This document shows, in pieces, positions 19,480 through 29,477 of a stretch of 64,000 bases of DNA. The translations under genes were made by a program, and so were the position numbers. The notes beneath the pieces were generated by a model. It worked only from the letters and a program-made list of their open reading frames with translations. It searched no databases and was not told the origin of the DNA. Position 1 is the stretch's first letter. Every line of letters starts with the position of its first letter. The stretch is taken from positions 2,048,001-2,112,000 of the forward strand of contig OY820579.1 of NCBI GenBank assembly GCA_963681965.1, in the 5' to 3' direction. This stretch comes from a bacterium (lineage in GTDB: Bacteria > Electryoneota > JAOADG01).

Positions 19480-20388
19480 ATGTCGAGAGACGAGAAATCT
19501 GATGCGATCCTGCGAATGCAATCTTTCATCGAAGATCATTTGACTCGTACAATCACAATGCAAGAACTAGCGAGGGTTGCAAATTATTCTCCGTGGTATG
19601 CAGCTCGTCTGTTCAAAGAGTACACCGGAAAATCGCCATTTGATTATATTCGATTGCGCCGATTGTCTGCTGCTGCACGCAATCTTAGCACTCATTCCGG
19701 AAAAGTGATTGATGTTGCATTCGATTTTGTGTTCGATACACACGAGGGATTTTCCCGCGCGTTCACAAGGCAGTTCGGAATATCGCCGAGAAAATACCGC
19801 GCAGACAAACCTCCATTGCTGATGTTCCTTCCCGAACGGATGAAAAATTATTATATCAATCACACCTATGGAGAAAAACCAATGAGCAATTCAACCGGCA
19901 GTAACACAGTATTCACACAAGTAATTGAGCGTCCGGCACGCAAACTCGTTTTGAAAAGAGGAATAAAAGCTACGCACTATTTCGAGTATTGTGAGGAAGT
20001 TGGCTGCGAAGTCTGGGAACAACTGGGCGCTCTGAAAGATACCCTTCACGAACCGATGGGGTTGTGGTTGCCTGACCGGTTCAGGCTTCACGGAACATCA
20101 AGTTATGTTCAGGGAGTCGAAGTTGCCGTCGATTATACCGGTCCGATCCCCGAAGGGTTCGATATCATCGAATTACCTTCCTGCTTGATGATGGTGTTCC
20201 AAGGTCAACAGTTCAAAGATGAGGAATTCGAACAGGCGATTACCTCGCTTTGGGATGTAATCAAGGAGTATCGACCGGAAACGTATGGATTCGCTTGGGA
20301 TGACGACGCGGGACCACGATTTCAATTGGAACCTGTTGGCTATCGCGGATACATCGAAGGGCGACCGGTAAAGCGAATTGATGGATGA
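19480..20388 (+). CDS. AraC-family regulator with C-terminal effector-binding domain
   Basis: YSPWYAARLFK...RLSAAA...FDTHEGFSRAF; AAGGAGG SD. Confidence 0.9.
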   Translation: MSRDEKSDAILRMQSFIEDHLTRTITMQELARVANYSPWYAARLFKEYTGKSPFDYIRLRRLSAAARNLSTHSGKVIDVAFDFVFDTHEGFSRAFTRQFGISPRKYRADKPPLLMFLPERMKNYYINHTYGEKPMSNSTGSNTVFTQVIERPARKLVLKRGIKATHYFEYCEEVGCEVWEQLGALKDTLHEPMGLWLPDRFRLHGTSSYVQGVEVAVDYTGPIPEGFDIIELPSCLMMVFQGQQFKDEEFEQAITSLWDVIKEYRPETYGFAWDDDAGPRFQLEPVGYRGYIEGRPVKRIDG

Positions 20389-20468
20389 TTGAATAATACT
20401 AAATCGAGATAAATTAGTGTCGCTGCTCAAGCGAGATGAAATACCGAATCAAAAATGATGTTTCCAAG

Positions 20469-20501
20469 AAAAAGGCGGGACTTAATAAGTCTCGCCTTTT
20501 T
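20469..20501. terminator. Bidirectional rho-independent terminator
   Basis: AAAAAGGCGGGACTT-aat-AAGTCTCGCCTTTTT between convergent genes. Confidence 0.75.
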
Positions 20502-20521
20502 CCAACTTCTGAAATACTAGC

Positions 20522-21244
20522 TCATTTCGGTTTGGCGAACAGTGCATCGGCAATACCGGTGTCAGCTTCGATGCTTTCTACAGTGTAAATCTGGATCATA
20601 CTACCCATGTTCTGACTGACTTGAAATGCATATTGTGCACCGTTTACATCGCGGTAGTCGCTGAAAGTACTGATGACTTTAATCAATCTGCCACCCTGAC
20701 CCTGTTCGTCGCGCATTGTCTGATAAACCAGATTCGTTTTCGTATCGATGAAATAAGTCGCGATTTCTTTGTCGTCTTTGTTCTTCAAAACGATTTTATT
20801 GGTTTCGACGGAATCGCGCGTGACTTTTCCGATCAACGTGGCTGTTAATCCTTTGCTCTTATACGTGGCAAGTTCGCCGTCGATCGAGGCATTTTGCTTG
20901 AATTCGTCGACTTCTGCAGAATCCATGCTTTCGGCTTTTTTCTGTCGTGGTGCCAGCCCCCAGCCTTCTTTGCCATCGCATGCCATCACAAGTTTGTAAC
21001 CTTCGGCTTCAATTTCAATCCGAATTTTATCCGGGCGTTTCTTGTAAACTGTGCGGGTTGCTTCGCCCTCTTGATACGCAACCGTCATCTTGGCGGTAGT
21101 GACCAAGGTCTTGAATTTTGCTTTGATGTCGGCACCTTCGGCTTTCTGATTCGCAGCAATAACCTCTTCTGCCGTCTGTGCAGCGGCAACAGCGATCAGA
21201 ATCAAACTGATGAAAGCGATGACAATGCGTGAATAGTGTTTCAT
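20522..21244 (-). CDS. Secreted LolA-like / lipoprotein-sorting-family protein
   Basis: Signal peptide; KRPDKIRIE, DGKEGW, YFIDTKT, FSDYRDVNG, DALFAKP. Confidence 0.65.
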   Translation of the reverse strand: MKHYSRIVIAFISLILIAVAAAQTAEEVIAANQKAEGADIKAKFKTLVTTAKMTVAYQEGEATRTVYKKRPDKIRIEIEAEGYKLVMACDGKEGWGLAPRQKKAESMDSAEVDEFKQNASIDGELATYKSKGLTATLIGKVTRDSVETNKIVLKNKDDKEIATYFIDTKTNLVYQTMRDEQGQGGRLIKVISTFSDYRDVNGAQYAFQVSQNMGSMIQIYTVESIEADTGIADALFAKPK

Positions 21245-21307
21245 TTCTGCTCCTGTAAATAGTTGTGAGTGGCTTTTCCCGGAGCCGCTCTCGAATTAAA
21301 AAACTTG

Positions 21308-24300
21308 TTATTTCACCGGTACCAGTGGACGCGGAATGATCGGCGGCGGTGGTACAAAGTCGCGCGGTTCTTTTTTAATCTTATCCATCAGATAACCGAT
21401 CGCATAATCCAATTGAACGTCTTTACCATTGATAAAGCCATCTGGTGTAAGATCCAAGTCAATATCGGGGTCGACACCATGCCCCTCGACAACCCAATGT
21501 TTGCCGCGGGGATCCCAGGATCCGAATTCCGGTTGTGTCGTCATGCCGTAATCGCGGAATGGTTTGTCGCTGCGGATACCAACCAAACCACCCCATGTGC
21601 GCTTACCGATTACCGGACCAAGTTTCAATTCTTGAAATCCATTCGCAAAAGTTTCGCAGTCGCTTCCACCTTGCCGGTTGATCAAACACGCCATATGTCC
21701 GAAGAACGTACCGTCGGGACTTGGATAGATCGCGCCGTGACGCGGTTTACCAAACTCCAGTACTTTCCGATTCAGATGCGATAAAATCATCGGTGCTACA
21801 AAACCGCCGTGATTCCACCGATCATCCATGATCAATCCTTTTTTACGGTACTGCGGATAATATTCCCGCGAAAATTCCTGCAATCCTCGACTACTCATGT
21901 CGTAAAGATGGATGTAACCGATCTGTCCACCACTGACGCTATCGACATACGCCCGAGTCTCATTCACCCACGATTGATACCGGAGATAATAATCGCTGGA
22001 GAGTGTTTTAATTACTATCCGGCGTGCTTTCTCGAGCGTCGGTTTATCGTTGATCGACAGTTCCACTTCCTGCCCGCCGCGATTGGCAAGTCGAACCAGA
22101 TAATCTTCGCCCTTCGTTAATGGGATACCGTCGATCGCGACAAGCCACGTACCGACTTTGACATTCAAATCGGGTCGCGATAGCGGCGAGCACATTCCCG
22201 CAGTCGGATAGTTGCCGTAAAGAATCTTCTTTACCTGCCAGAATCCAGTCTGTGGATCGTATGACATATCTGCACCCAGCATGCCGACGCTGGTATAGCT
22301 TCCCGGACGAACATCGCCACCGGAAACATATGTGTGACCGGCACTCAATTCACCGATCATTTCACCGATCAAATCGTTCAAGTCCTCGCGGGTCGAAATG
22401 CGATCGAGGAATACCGAATATTGATTCCAAACACCGACCCAATCGACTCCGTGCATCTTCTCGTCGTAGAAGAAGTCGCGTTGTAAGCGCCATGCTTCAC
22501 GGAAGATCTGTTTCCATTCTTTTCGGGGATCGACTTTCATACTCCAACCGTCAAGATTAACTCGATTGTCTTTGCTATCGTCCCCTTTCGGTGCACTCAT
22601 AGCACTGGCATCGACCCGATAGAAGTTTCCGCCACTCCGATAGACCAACACTTTATGGTCGCCGGAAATCGCATAGCTGCTAATTCCATCGGCAAGCGTC
22701 GACACTTTTTCGTCATTGATATCGTATGTGTAAAGACGCGATCCTCGTGGTTGATCGTCTTCCTCATCGTCGTTGTCGGGAACATCCGGTGGCATCATAC
22801 CGCGATTGATTCTGCCAGCCCAATGCAATTTATTCTCAACTGCCATCAAGCCCCAGTAGTTACCCGGTTTCACCGGAATCTGCACGATCCGAAGCGCGAT
22901 ACCGTCGAAATCGATTACAATCGGTTCGACTTTCTTATCGTCGTCTTTGGATTTCGATTGTTTATCCTTTTTGTGATCTTTCTTATGGTCCTTCTTGTCA
23001 CCCTTATCGTCGTCATCCGATTTTTCTTCGTCGTCCTGTTTCTTCTCCTCGTCGGTCGTAATGTCGCTGCGTGCGGCAAATGGAAGCTTAGTATCTTTCT
23101 TGAGTGCCATTACATATGGTAGCGTCGCTTCATCGATAATGAACCGCGAATCGAAGTGATCGAGGAACGGATTGATGTAGTGATCCATAAAGAAGAAGAG
23201 AAACTTCCCGTTTGGATCCCACGTCGGTGAGAAGCAATTGTACATTTCATCGGTGACAGCAGTCGAATGTTTCGTTTCGGAATCCCAGATCTGAACCCGA
23301 CCGAATCCATTTTCCATTTGGAAGGTATAAGCCAGATACCGGCTATCGGGTGACCAATCGTATTCGCGCATTTCGTAATTGCTGCTATCGACTTTGATCC
23401 GAGTACCGGTGGCAATATCAACACTCCACAACCGAAGTTTTTCGTCGGAATATGCCAGCTTTTGTCCATTCGGTGCCCAACTCGGACCGAAATTCCAACC
23501 CGGAGGTGTCGTTCCGACTTGTCGGGGACTAGTCGAGTTGTCGGTCGAGTACAGCATCAATTGTTCTTCACCATTGACTTCCGACCAGCCGGCAAGCCAC
23601 TTCCCGTCGGGTGACCAAGCGGGATCTTTGACACGCACCGAGCTATTGTCGGTTATGCGTCGGATCAGACCTTTCTTCTTCGTCCGAGCGGTGAACAAGT
23701 CGCCGCGCGTTTCCAATGCGATTCGGTCGCCATCGCGAGAAATTGACCAACCGGAAAGGTATTGTGCTGGATTGGTGAATTTTTCCCGGACATCGACTCG
23801 ATCGCTTGGCAAGTGAATGTCGACTTTACCGTTCTTACCGGTAGCTAAATCGTAGACCCATACATCCATGCCGTGCTGATAGACAATCTTGTTGTCACCT
23901 AAATAGGGCCAGCGAACGTCGTAATCGGAGAAGTTGGTCAGTCGGCGAATATCTTTTCCATCGGGAAGCATGGAGGCAAGATTCGGGCGTCCCCAGCGAT
24001 CAGTAACAAAGTAGATCCTGCCATCCGAATGCCACATTGGGAAGGCGTCCTTACCGGTGAAATCTTTCGTAACACATTCGAATTCGAGTGGTTGAATAGT
24101 TCCAACGTAAATATCTTCCGCTTCACCGCCTTTGTATCGCTTCCAGGTGTGATACTCCAAACCGATTTTCTGATAAGCAACACGTTTTCCATTTGGTTCG
24201 AACGAGATCCACGCTGCCGGTTCCAGCGGAATCAATTCCGGTAGTCCACCAGTAGGGGAGATCGTATAGAGTCTGGTATCCATATTGGGTGTATCGCGAC

Positions 24301-24691
24301 GGCTGCGGAATAGAATTTTTCCATCGCTAGTCCAACCAATTGCGCCATCTGATGCCGGATGCCAAGTCAATCGCTTCGGCTCGCCACCATTGATCGGGAT
24401 AACGTATACTTCGTCATTGCCATCGTACTGGGCGGAATATGCAATCCATTTCCCATCGGGAGAAATGCGTGGATTGCGTTCGGTCCCTTCGTGAGCGGTG
24501 AGCCGCATCGCGATCCCACCTTCGGCTGGAACCGACCAGAGATCCCCTTCCGAGGCAAAAACAATTTTACCACCACCAATGGACGGGAAACAGTAGAACC
24601 CATCGGGAGGATTGTCGGCTAAAACTGTAGAATATAGAAATAAGGTTGAAATGAGGATGAGAAGTAAAGTAGTTAGTTTTTTCACGGGCAT
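21308..24691 (-). CDS. Tricorn-like S41 protease (beta-propellers, PDZ, S41 catalytic domain)
   Basis: Signal peptide, PD40-like repeats (SPDGKW), ELSAGHTY, GYIHLYDM, DDRWNHGG, GSDCE, GKRTWGG, EGHGVDPD. Confidence 0.92.
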   Translation of the reverse strand: MPVKKLTTLLLILISTLFLYSTVLADNPPDGFYCFPSIGGGKIVFASEGDLWSVPAEGGIAMRLTAHEGTERNPRISPDGKWIAYSAQYDGNDEVYVIPINGGEPKRLTWHPASDGAIGWTSDGKILFRSRRDTPNMDTRLYTISPTGGLPELIPLEPAAWISFEPNGKRVAYQKIGLEYHTWKRYKGGEAEDIYVGTIQPLEFECVTKDFTGKDAFPMWHSDGRIYFVTDRWGRPNLASMLPDGKDIRRLTNFSDYDVRWPYLGDNKIVYQHGMDVWVYDLATGKNGKVDIHLPSDRVDVREKFTNPAQYLSGWSISRDGDRIALETRGDLFTARTKKKGLIRRITDNSSVRVKDPAWSPDGKWLAGWSEVNGEEQLMLYSTDNSTSPRQVGTTPPGWNFGPSWAPNGQKLAYSDEKLRLWSVDIATGTRIKVDSSNYEMREYDWSPDSRYLAYTFQMENGFGRVQIWDSETKHSTAVTDEMYNCFSPTWDPNGKFLFFFMDHYINPFLDHFDSRFIIDEATLPYVMALKKDTKLPFAARSDITTDEEKKQDDEEKSDDDDKGDKKDHKKDHKKDKQSKSKDDDKKVEPIVIDFDGIALRIVQIPVKPGNYWGLMAVENKLHWAGRINRGMMPPDVPDNDDEEDDQPRGSRLYTYDINDEKVSTLADGISSYAISGDHKVLVYRSGGNFYRVDASAMSAPKGDDSKDNRVNLDGWSMKVDPRKEWKQIFREAWRLQRDFFYDEKMHGVDWVGVWNQYSVFLDRISTREDLNDLIGEMIGELSAGHTYVSGGDVRPGSYTSVGMLGADMSYDPQTGFWQVKKILYGNYPTAGMCSPLSRPDLNVKVGTWLVAIDGIPLTKGEDYLVRLANRGGQEVELSINDKPTLEKARRIVIKTLSSDYYLRYQSWVNETRAYVDSVSGGQIGYIHLYDMSSRGLQEFSREYYPQYRKKGLIMDDRWNHGGFVAPMILSHLNRKVLEFGKPRHGAIYPSPDGTFFGHMACLINRQGGSDCETFANGFQELKLGPVIGKRTWGGLVGIRSDKPFRDYGMTTQPEFGSWDPRGKHWVVEGHGVDPDIDLDLTPDGFINGKDVQLDYAIGYLMDKIKKEPRDFVPPPPIIPRPLVPVK

Positions 24692-24830
24692 CTCCTAACA
24701 GATTCGCAACAAATATTAGTTGTAAGTATAATGAGGGAAGTTGCAACGAAAAAGAAACATTATCCAATTCCGGATTTTTCCGGAATTGAGTGAAATTGTA
24801 TTGAATCAATACATCTTTCTAGGATCGAAT

Positions 24831-25283
24831 ATGGAACTCAAGATCATCGGGTATGTGCACAATGAAATTACCAATCTACAAGATCGGAACTGGGGCAAAG
24901 TCGTCTCTCGCATAGATTTATTACCGGAATATGCTGCTGGAATAACGGGAATTGAACAATTTTCCCACATAATTGTGCTGTTTTGGATGCATAATGCGAA
25001 TTATTCTGCGGAAAGCGATTTAGTTCGTCACCCTCGTGACCGACTGGATCTGCCGCTTTCGGGAATTTTTGCCCAACGTGCGAAATCTCGCCCCAATCCT
25101 ATCGGAATCACCGCGGTAAAACTGGTCGAAACGGCTCCCAGTGCGCTTATTGTACAGGGATTGGATGCGATCGACGGTACCCCTGTAATCGATCTCAAAC
25201 CGTATGTGCCGAGCTTCGATTATGTTGAAAATCCGATAGTACCGCTTTGGATCTCTGAGATCATGTCTGATTACTTTCAGTAG
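24831..25283 (+). CDS. tsaA: TrmO/TsaA-family tRNA m6t6A methyltransferase-like protein
   Basis: FSHIIVLFWMH, GIFAQRAKSRPNPIG, GLDAIDGTPVIDLKPY. Confidence 0.85.
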   Translation: MELKIIGYVHNEITNLQDRNWGKVVSRIDLLPEYAAGITGIEQFSHIIVLFWMHNANYSAESDLVRHPRDRLDLPLSGIFAQRAKSRPNPIGITAVKLVETAPSALIVQGLDAIDGTPVIDLKPYVPSFDYVENPIVPLWISEIMSDYFQ

Positions 25284-25347
25284 GTTTAGACTTGAGTATC
25301 CCGGAGAACTTCACTAATTTCAATTGATATCAACTATTGGAGAATTT

Positions 25348-26067
25348 ATGTCGCAGCATTTACCCATTTTACTGCTCAACGGTCGTCCCGCCGCGGGAAA
25401 AAGTGAAGTAATCGATTACTTGAAGCATTGCAATGATACCGAACGATTGATTCGGTTCGGCATTGCTCCATTTGTCGAATTCGACGACTTCCCGGTACTC
25501 TGGGAGGATTTTCAGGACGATGATATCCGTGAGAAGATGGGATTGGCACGTCTGGTTACCGATCACGACTACTACTTTACCGACGAACGGTACTGGAATT
25601 TCCTTATTCAAAAACTCTCGTTTCAATTGGATTATCAAGTCGCAAAATATCCCGGCTATCTCGAACGCAACACCGCAATCTTCGAATTTTCTCGCGGTGG
25701 GAAAGATGCATTCAAAGAAGCCTATGAACATTTATCTGATTTCGTGTTGTCGCAAGCAGCAATCGTATACATCGCTGTCAGCTATGAAGAGTCTTCCCGG
25801 AAAAACAAACGACGCGCTCGACCCGGTGAAGAAGGTTCGATTCTGTATCATTCGCTACCGCAATCGAAGATGGATCATTATTATAAGATCAACGACTGGA
25901 ATGATATATCGAATGGTGCATTGGATGGTTACATGAACATTCGCGGCTTTAAAGTACCGTATGCCGTATTGCCGAATGAACCGGAAGTTACCGATACACC
26001 GGAGCACCTCGGACCGGCGTTGGAAGACACGTTCAAGCGATTGTTCAAGCGCATTCACGAGAAATGA
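25348..26067 (+). CDS. Uncharacterised P-loop (kinase-like) protein
   Basis: LLLNGRPAAGKSE Walker A near the N-terminus; GGAG SD before ATG 25348. Confidence 0.7.
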   Translation: MSQHLPILLLNGRPAAGKSEVIDYLKHCNDTERLIRFGIAPFVEFDDFPVLWEDFQDDDIREKMGLARLVTDHDYYFTDERYWNFLIQKLSFQLDYQVAKYPGYLERNTAIFEFSRGGKDAFKEAYEHLSDFVLSQAAIVYIAVSYEESSRKNKRRARPGEEGSILYHSLPQSKMDHYYKINDWNDISNGALDGYMNIRGFKVPYAVLPNEPEVTDTPEHLGPALEDTFKRLFKRIHEK

Positions 26068-26133
26068 CGGTCTGGTAGTTTAATTTTCTGATGTTGTAGA
26101 TTTCGATTTCGAAGTCATATCTGTGGGGTGTGT

Positions 26134-26541
26134 ATGGCAATGTTTGAATGGAATCCAAACTTTTCAGTACAAATTGGCTCGTTCGATTTGCAGCACAAAC
26201 AGTTGTTCGAAACGGCTGAGGAGCTGTATCAGGCAATGAGTACCGGACGGGGTAAAGACGTGATCGGTGGTGTATTGGATAAGTTGCTGAAATACACTCA
26301 AGTGCATTTTGCCGCTGAAGAGCGAGCAATGAATCGATTTCTCTATCCCGAATTCGAAGAACACAAACATGAGCATGAGCTGTTGCTGCAACAGGTCAAT
26401 GATTTTCGCGACCGGTTCGTTGCCGGTAACACCATGCTTTCGTTAGAAGTGATGAAATTTCTCAAGGATTGGTTGACGCATCACATCAACAATACCGATA
26501 AACGCTACGGTCCTTTTTTAATCAAACAGGGAGCCGTTTAG
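26134..26541 (+). CDS. Bacteriohemerythrin
   Basis: FEW...D.QHKQL, HFAAEE, HKHEH, WLTHHINNTD di-iron ligands. Confidence 0.92.
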   Translation: MAMFEWNPNFSVQIGSFDLQHKQLFETAEELYQAMSTGRGKDVIGGVLDKLLKYTQVHFAAEERAMNRFLYPEFEEHKHEHELLLQQVNDFRDRFVAGNTMLSLEVMKFLKDWLTHHINNTDKRYGPFLIKQGAV

Positions 26542-26548
26542 TATCAGT

Positions 26549-26866
26549 ATGTCGCAAGTGAAGAAACCGAGCATTCAACCGATTTTCATACCGGCGAATG
26601 AACCACTGCCTATCATGTCGGGGAGGGGTACGGAAATTCCCTCGCTGGTTTTGCTGTTCAACGACGATGTCCACAGTTTCGAAGATGTGATCATCCAATT
26701 AATGAAGGCGGTCGGTTGCAGCGCTTTAATTGGGTACCTTTACGCACTGGAAGTTCACACGATCGGTCGCGCGACGGTGTTTTTGGGACCGATGATTCGT
26801 TGTCTAACGATTGCCGAAGTGTTGCGAGAGATTGACCTGAAAGTTGAAGTCCGCCCGATGATGTAA
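26549..26866 (+). CDS. clpS: ClpS-like N-degron adaptor
   Basis: LFNDDVHSFEDVI...EVHTIGRATV. Confidence 0.75.
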   Translation: MSQVKKPSIQPIFIPANEPLPIMSGRGTEIPSLVLLFNDDVHSFEDVIIQLMKAVGCSALIGYLYALEVHTIGRATVFLGPMIRCLTIAEVLREIDLKVEVRPMM

Positions 26867-26901
26867 TCTAACCAGTTCTGTCCGCAAATTATTCTTGAAA
26901 T

Positions 26902-26931
26902 ACTGCCCAATTCCGATTGGGCAGTTTTTTT
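26902..26931 (+). terminator. Rho-independent terminator
   Basis: ACTGCCCAAT-tccg-ATTGGGCAGT followed by a T tract. Confidence 0.8.
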
Positions 26932-26999
26932 CTTCTTCTTTTCACATCTTTACGTAGCCGCAGGCTCATGGCTTTTAACTAATTTTCTTTACATCTTCG

Positions 27000-27148
27000 G
27001 TAGGGGCGGTTCGCGAACCGCCCGTGTCCGAGAAATTCACTTTTTCCTCTAATGGATGTTATCTAATACTAGAGAAATTCACTCCAAATCATTTATTTTT
27101 TCGTGAATATCGTTAGAGTTACGGGCGGACGCGTAAGTACGTTCCTAC
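27000..27148. repeat. REP-like doublet (GTAG-hairpin and an inverted degenerate partner)
   Basis: GTAG-GGGCGGTTCGCGAACCGCCC at 27000; inverted acgggcgg...ttcCTAC ending at 27148. Confidence 0.65.
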
Positions 27149-27218
27149 CATGAAAAAACACTGATTTGTAGCTACTGAGATCAGTCAGCAATTCTTGAAT
27201 AGAAGAACTATTAATCTG

Positions 27219-27941
27219 TCAACGAATCGCGAAACTGACGGAAACAACTGCCATGATCTCTTTCTCATTCGTGCTGGTGTCGTACATACCGTAGTCGGAA
27301 ACAGCATTGGAATTGAGTCGGGTTACCTGAAAGACTCCGACTTTAGCATTGCGGATCGCTCCGACTTTGCTACCAACCCCTTCGGCGATTTTTTCGGCAC
27401 GGGCGTGCGCATCTTTCGTCGCTTCTGCCAACATATCCATCCGGAATTCATTCAATTTCGTCACCAGATATTCGAGCGGATACGATTCGATCGGAATCCC
27501 TTCCAGAATCAATTCATTCGCTTTCTGCGAGAGAATTTCGATCTTCTTGATGTCGGCACCGCGCACCTCGAATTGTTGCAATAACCGATAACTCGAGATC
27601 TTGCCGGTTTCTCTTCCACCGATGAATTCCGGCATCGAGTTGGTCTGCAACGACTGCCATTCAACGGATGAATCCGCGACGCCCTGATCGTGAAAATATT
27701 GTTTCGTACGCTCGACACTCTTCTTCAATTCCTTGTACGCATTTTGCATACTCGGTAGCTGTACCGACACGCTCCCGCGCCAGACCACATAATCCGACGT
27801 GATCGGTTTCCGAGCCGATCCGGTCACCGTGATCGTATCGTTCGATTTGATATTGTGCAAAGAAAAGAAGACGAGCAAGCCAAAGATCACGATCGAAATT
27901 GACAAGTACAGAAATCCCGTGACCGAATTTTTTTGTTCCAT
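27219..27941 (-). CDS. SIMPL (DUF541) domain protein
   Basis: TM, TITVTGSARK, LAEATKDAHARAEKIA, GVFQVT, VVSVSFAI. Confidence 0.85.
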   Translation of the reverse strand: MEQKNSVTGFLYLSISIVIFGLLVFFSLHNIKSNDTITVTGSARKPITSDYVVWRGSVSVQLPSMQNAYKELKKSVERTKQYFHDQGVADSSVEWQSLQTNSMPEFIGGRETGKISSYRLLQQFEVRGADIKKIEILSQKANELILEGIPIESYPLEYLVTKLNEFRMDMLAEATKDAHARAEKIAEGVGSKVGAIRNAKVGVFQVTRLNSNAVSDYGMYDTSTNEKEIMAVVSVSFAIR

Positions 27942-27983
27942 TGTGTTCCCCGATGAGTTGATGTACCGCACAATGTACAATAT

Positions 27984-28700
27984 CTAACGCAATTTCGCAT
28001 TCGGGTGACGGTGAAATACCGATGGATCGATCGCGACCGGTAGATTGGGATGAGAACTTTTCTCCACCATTAACCGAACAGTTTGCCGAACACTGCTATC
28101 GGCAACGACGAGTTGTTTCCAATGCTCGCGTCCGATCAATTTCGGCAGGAGTAACTCGCAATCGGGATGCGTTGGGAGACCTTCAGGAAAGGGGTGCTCC
28201 TCGGTGAATATCATCTCGGTGGAAGGTCGATCAATTCCGCCAACAGTGGTTTGAAAACACCGATCCAGTGCCAATTCTGAAGACATATTGTCGGGAACAT
28301 GCAAAATCTCGGCATTGCGCTTGGAGGCACCAAACGGAGCGATGATGAAGTCCGACCAAGTCAGAATAGCAGGATCGATTTCGATCGCGATCCATTCCAA
28401 TTTCCACTGTCTTCCACTAAGCCGATAGAGATAATCGGATGGCACGCGTTCCAACGAACAATTGACATGATTTTGAAGGGCGGCAAAGGTAATATCGGAT
28501 CGGTTTCGGTCGTGGATGCGAGTCAGAGCGCCATTGAAACCGTGCTTGTTCACGAGCCCGGAATACGATAAAATCTCGCCATCCTGCAGGATTTCCGGTA
28601 AGTTGATGCGAATATGCGTACAGTGGAGCAACCGAATCGGACGGATTGAATTAGTCCGGGAAGTTGAGCGGAGCCATCGACTTAGCGATTGAAGCCACAT
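27984..28700 (-). CDS. DarT-like (DUF4433) ADP-ribosyltransferase-fold protein, divergent
   Basis: LLHCTHIRINLPEILQDGEILS, R-x-D, HVNCSL, WIAIEIDPAIL, PTHPDCELLL (compare the family pattern PTD.QAEVLV). Confidence 0.6.
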   Translation of the reverse strand: MWLQSLSRWLRSTSRTNSIRPIRLLHCTHIRINLPEILQDGEILSYSGLVNKHGFNGALTRIHDRNRSDITFAALQNHVNCSLERVPSDYLYRLSGRQWKLEWIAIEIDPAILTWSDFIIAPFGASKRNAEILHVPDNMSSELALDRCFQTTVGGIDRPSTEMIFTEEHPFPEGLPTHPDCELLLPKLIGREHWKQLVVADSSVRQTVRLMVEKSSHPNLPVAIDPSVFHRHPNAKLR

Positions 28701-28711
28701 TGCAGACCAAG

Positions 28712-28743
28712 AAAAAGGGTTCTAATAAAATAGAACCCTTTTT
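28712..28743. terminator. Rho-independent terminator after the TlpA-like gene
   Basis: AAAAAGGGTTCTA-ataaaa-TAGAACCCTTTTT. Confidence 0.75.
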
Positions 28744-28801
28744 GATAATGTACAAATAATAAAACATTCTTGCGGTAAATCTTTGTTGCCAGTCCGACTG
28801 G

Positions 28802-29383
28802 TTATTTCGATCCAGTCACACGCTCAATCGATGCTTTCCAGAAATCCATATCGCGATATCCAACCAACCGGTCGACAATCTGTCCCTGATCGTTCAAAAT
28901 GAACGTATAGGGAATGCCACCGCGATCTTCTTCTGGTAACAATCCCTGATAAGGATCCTGAAAATCGCGACCGACGATGCCGATTGGATAATTCACCCCG
29001 TTCTTCTTTACCCATCCTGCAACTGCCTCGTCTTTACCTTCTTCGACCGAGAGCCCGATCATCTGCAGCTTGTTCGGATATTTCTTCACCAGCTCAATAA
29101 AATGCGGAATCTCTTTACGGCAAGGAGGGCACCAAGTCGCCCAGAAATTAACGATAGTGACTTGTCCCTTTTTGAAATTCAACTTGATTGGTTTACCATC
29201 CATACCGGCAACTTCAAACCGGGGAAAACTGTCGGTGCTTACAGTAGCACTGTGTGGTGACGGCGAAGCAATTGCAACACCAGCTTCTTTCGTTTCGTTC
29301 GAAAGATTCGAATTCATCAACCAAAACGACAACGATAAAGCAATAGTGGCTATTGCGAATATGATCAAAAACTGACGTTTCAT
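28802..29383 (-). CDS. TlpA/ResA-family thiol-disulfide oxidoreductase
   Basis: N-terminal anchor, VNFWATWCPPCRKEIP, GIPYTFI. Confidence 0.9.
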   Translation of the reverse strand: MKRQFLIIFAIATIALSLSFWLMNSNLSNETKEAGVAIASPSPHSATVSTDSFPRFEVAGMDGKPIKLNFKKGQVTIVNFWATWCPPCRKEIPHFIELVKKYPNKLQMIGLSVEEGKDEAVAGWVKKNGVNYPIGIVGRDFQDPYQGLLPEEDRGGIPYTFILNDQGQIVDRLVGYRDMDFWKASIERVTGSK

Positions 29384-29477
29384 CTATTTTTTCCTCTATA
29401 TAAAAGTCAACCAGAAAACCCGTTTGCGATGAAACAGTCGATGGAACACGAGCACAGGCTAGTTCAATAACGAACGA

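Noticed and set aside
22930-23050. Lys/Asp/His-rich repeat (KKDHKKDHKKDK) in the tricorn protease
   Set aside because: A charged low-complexity linker at this position is usual for tricorn-like proteases.
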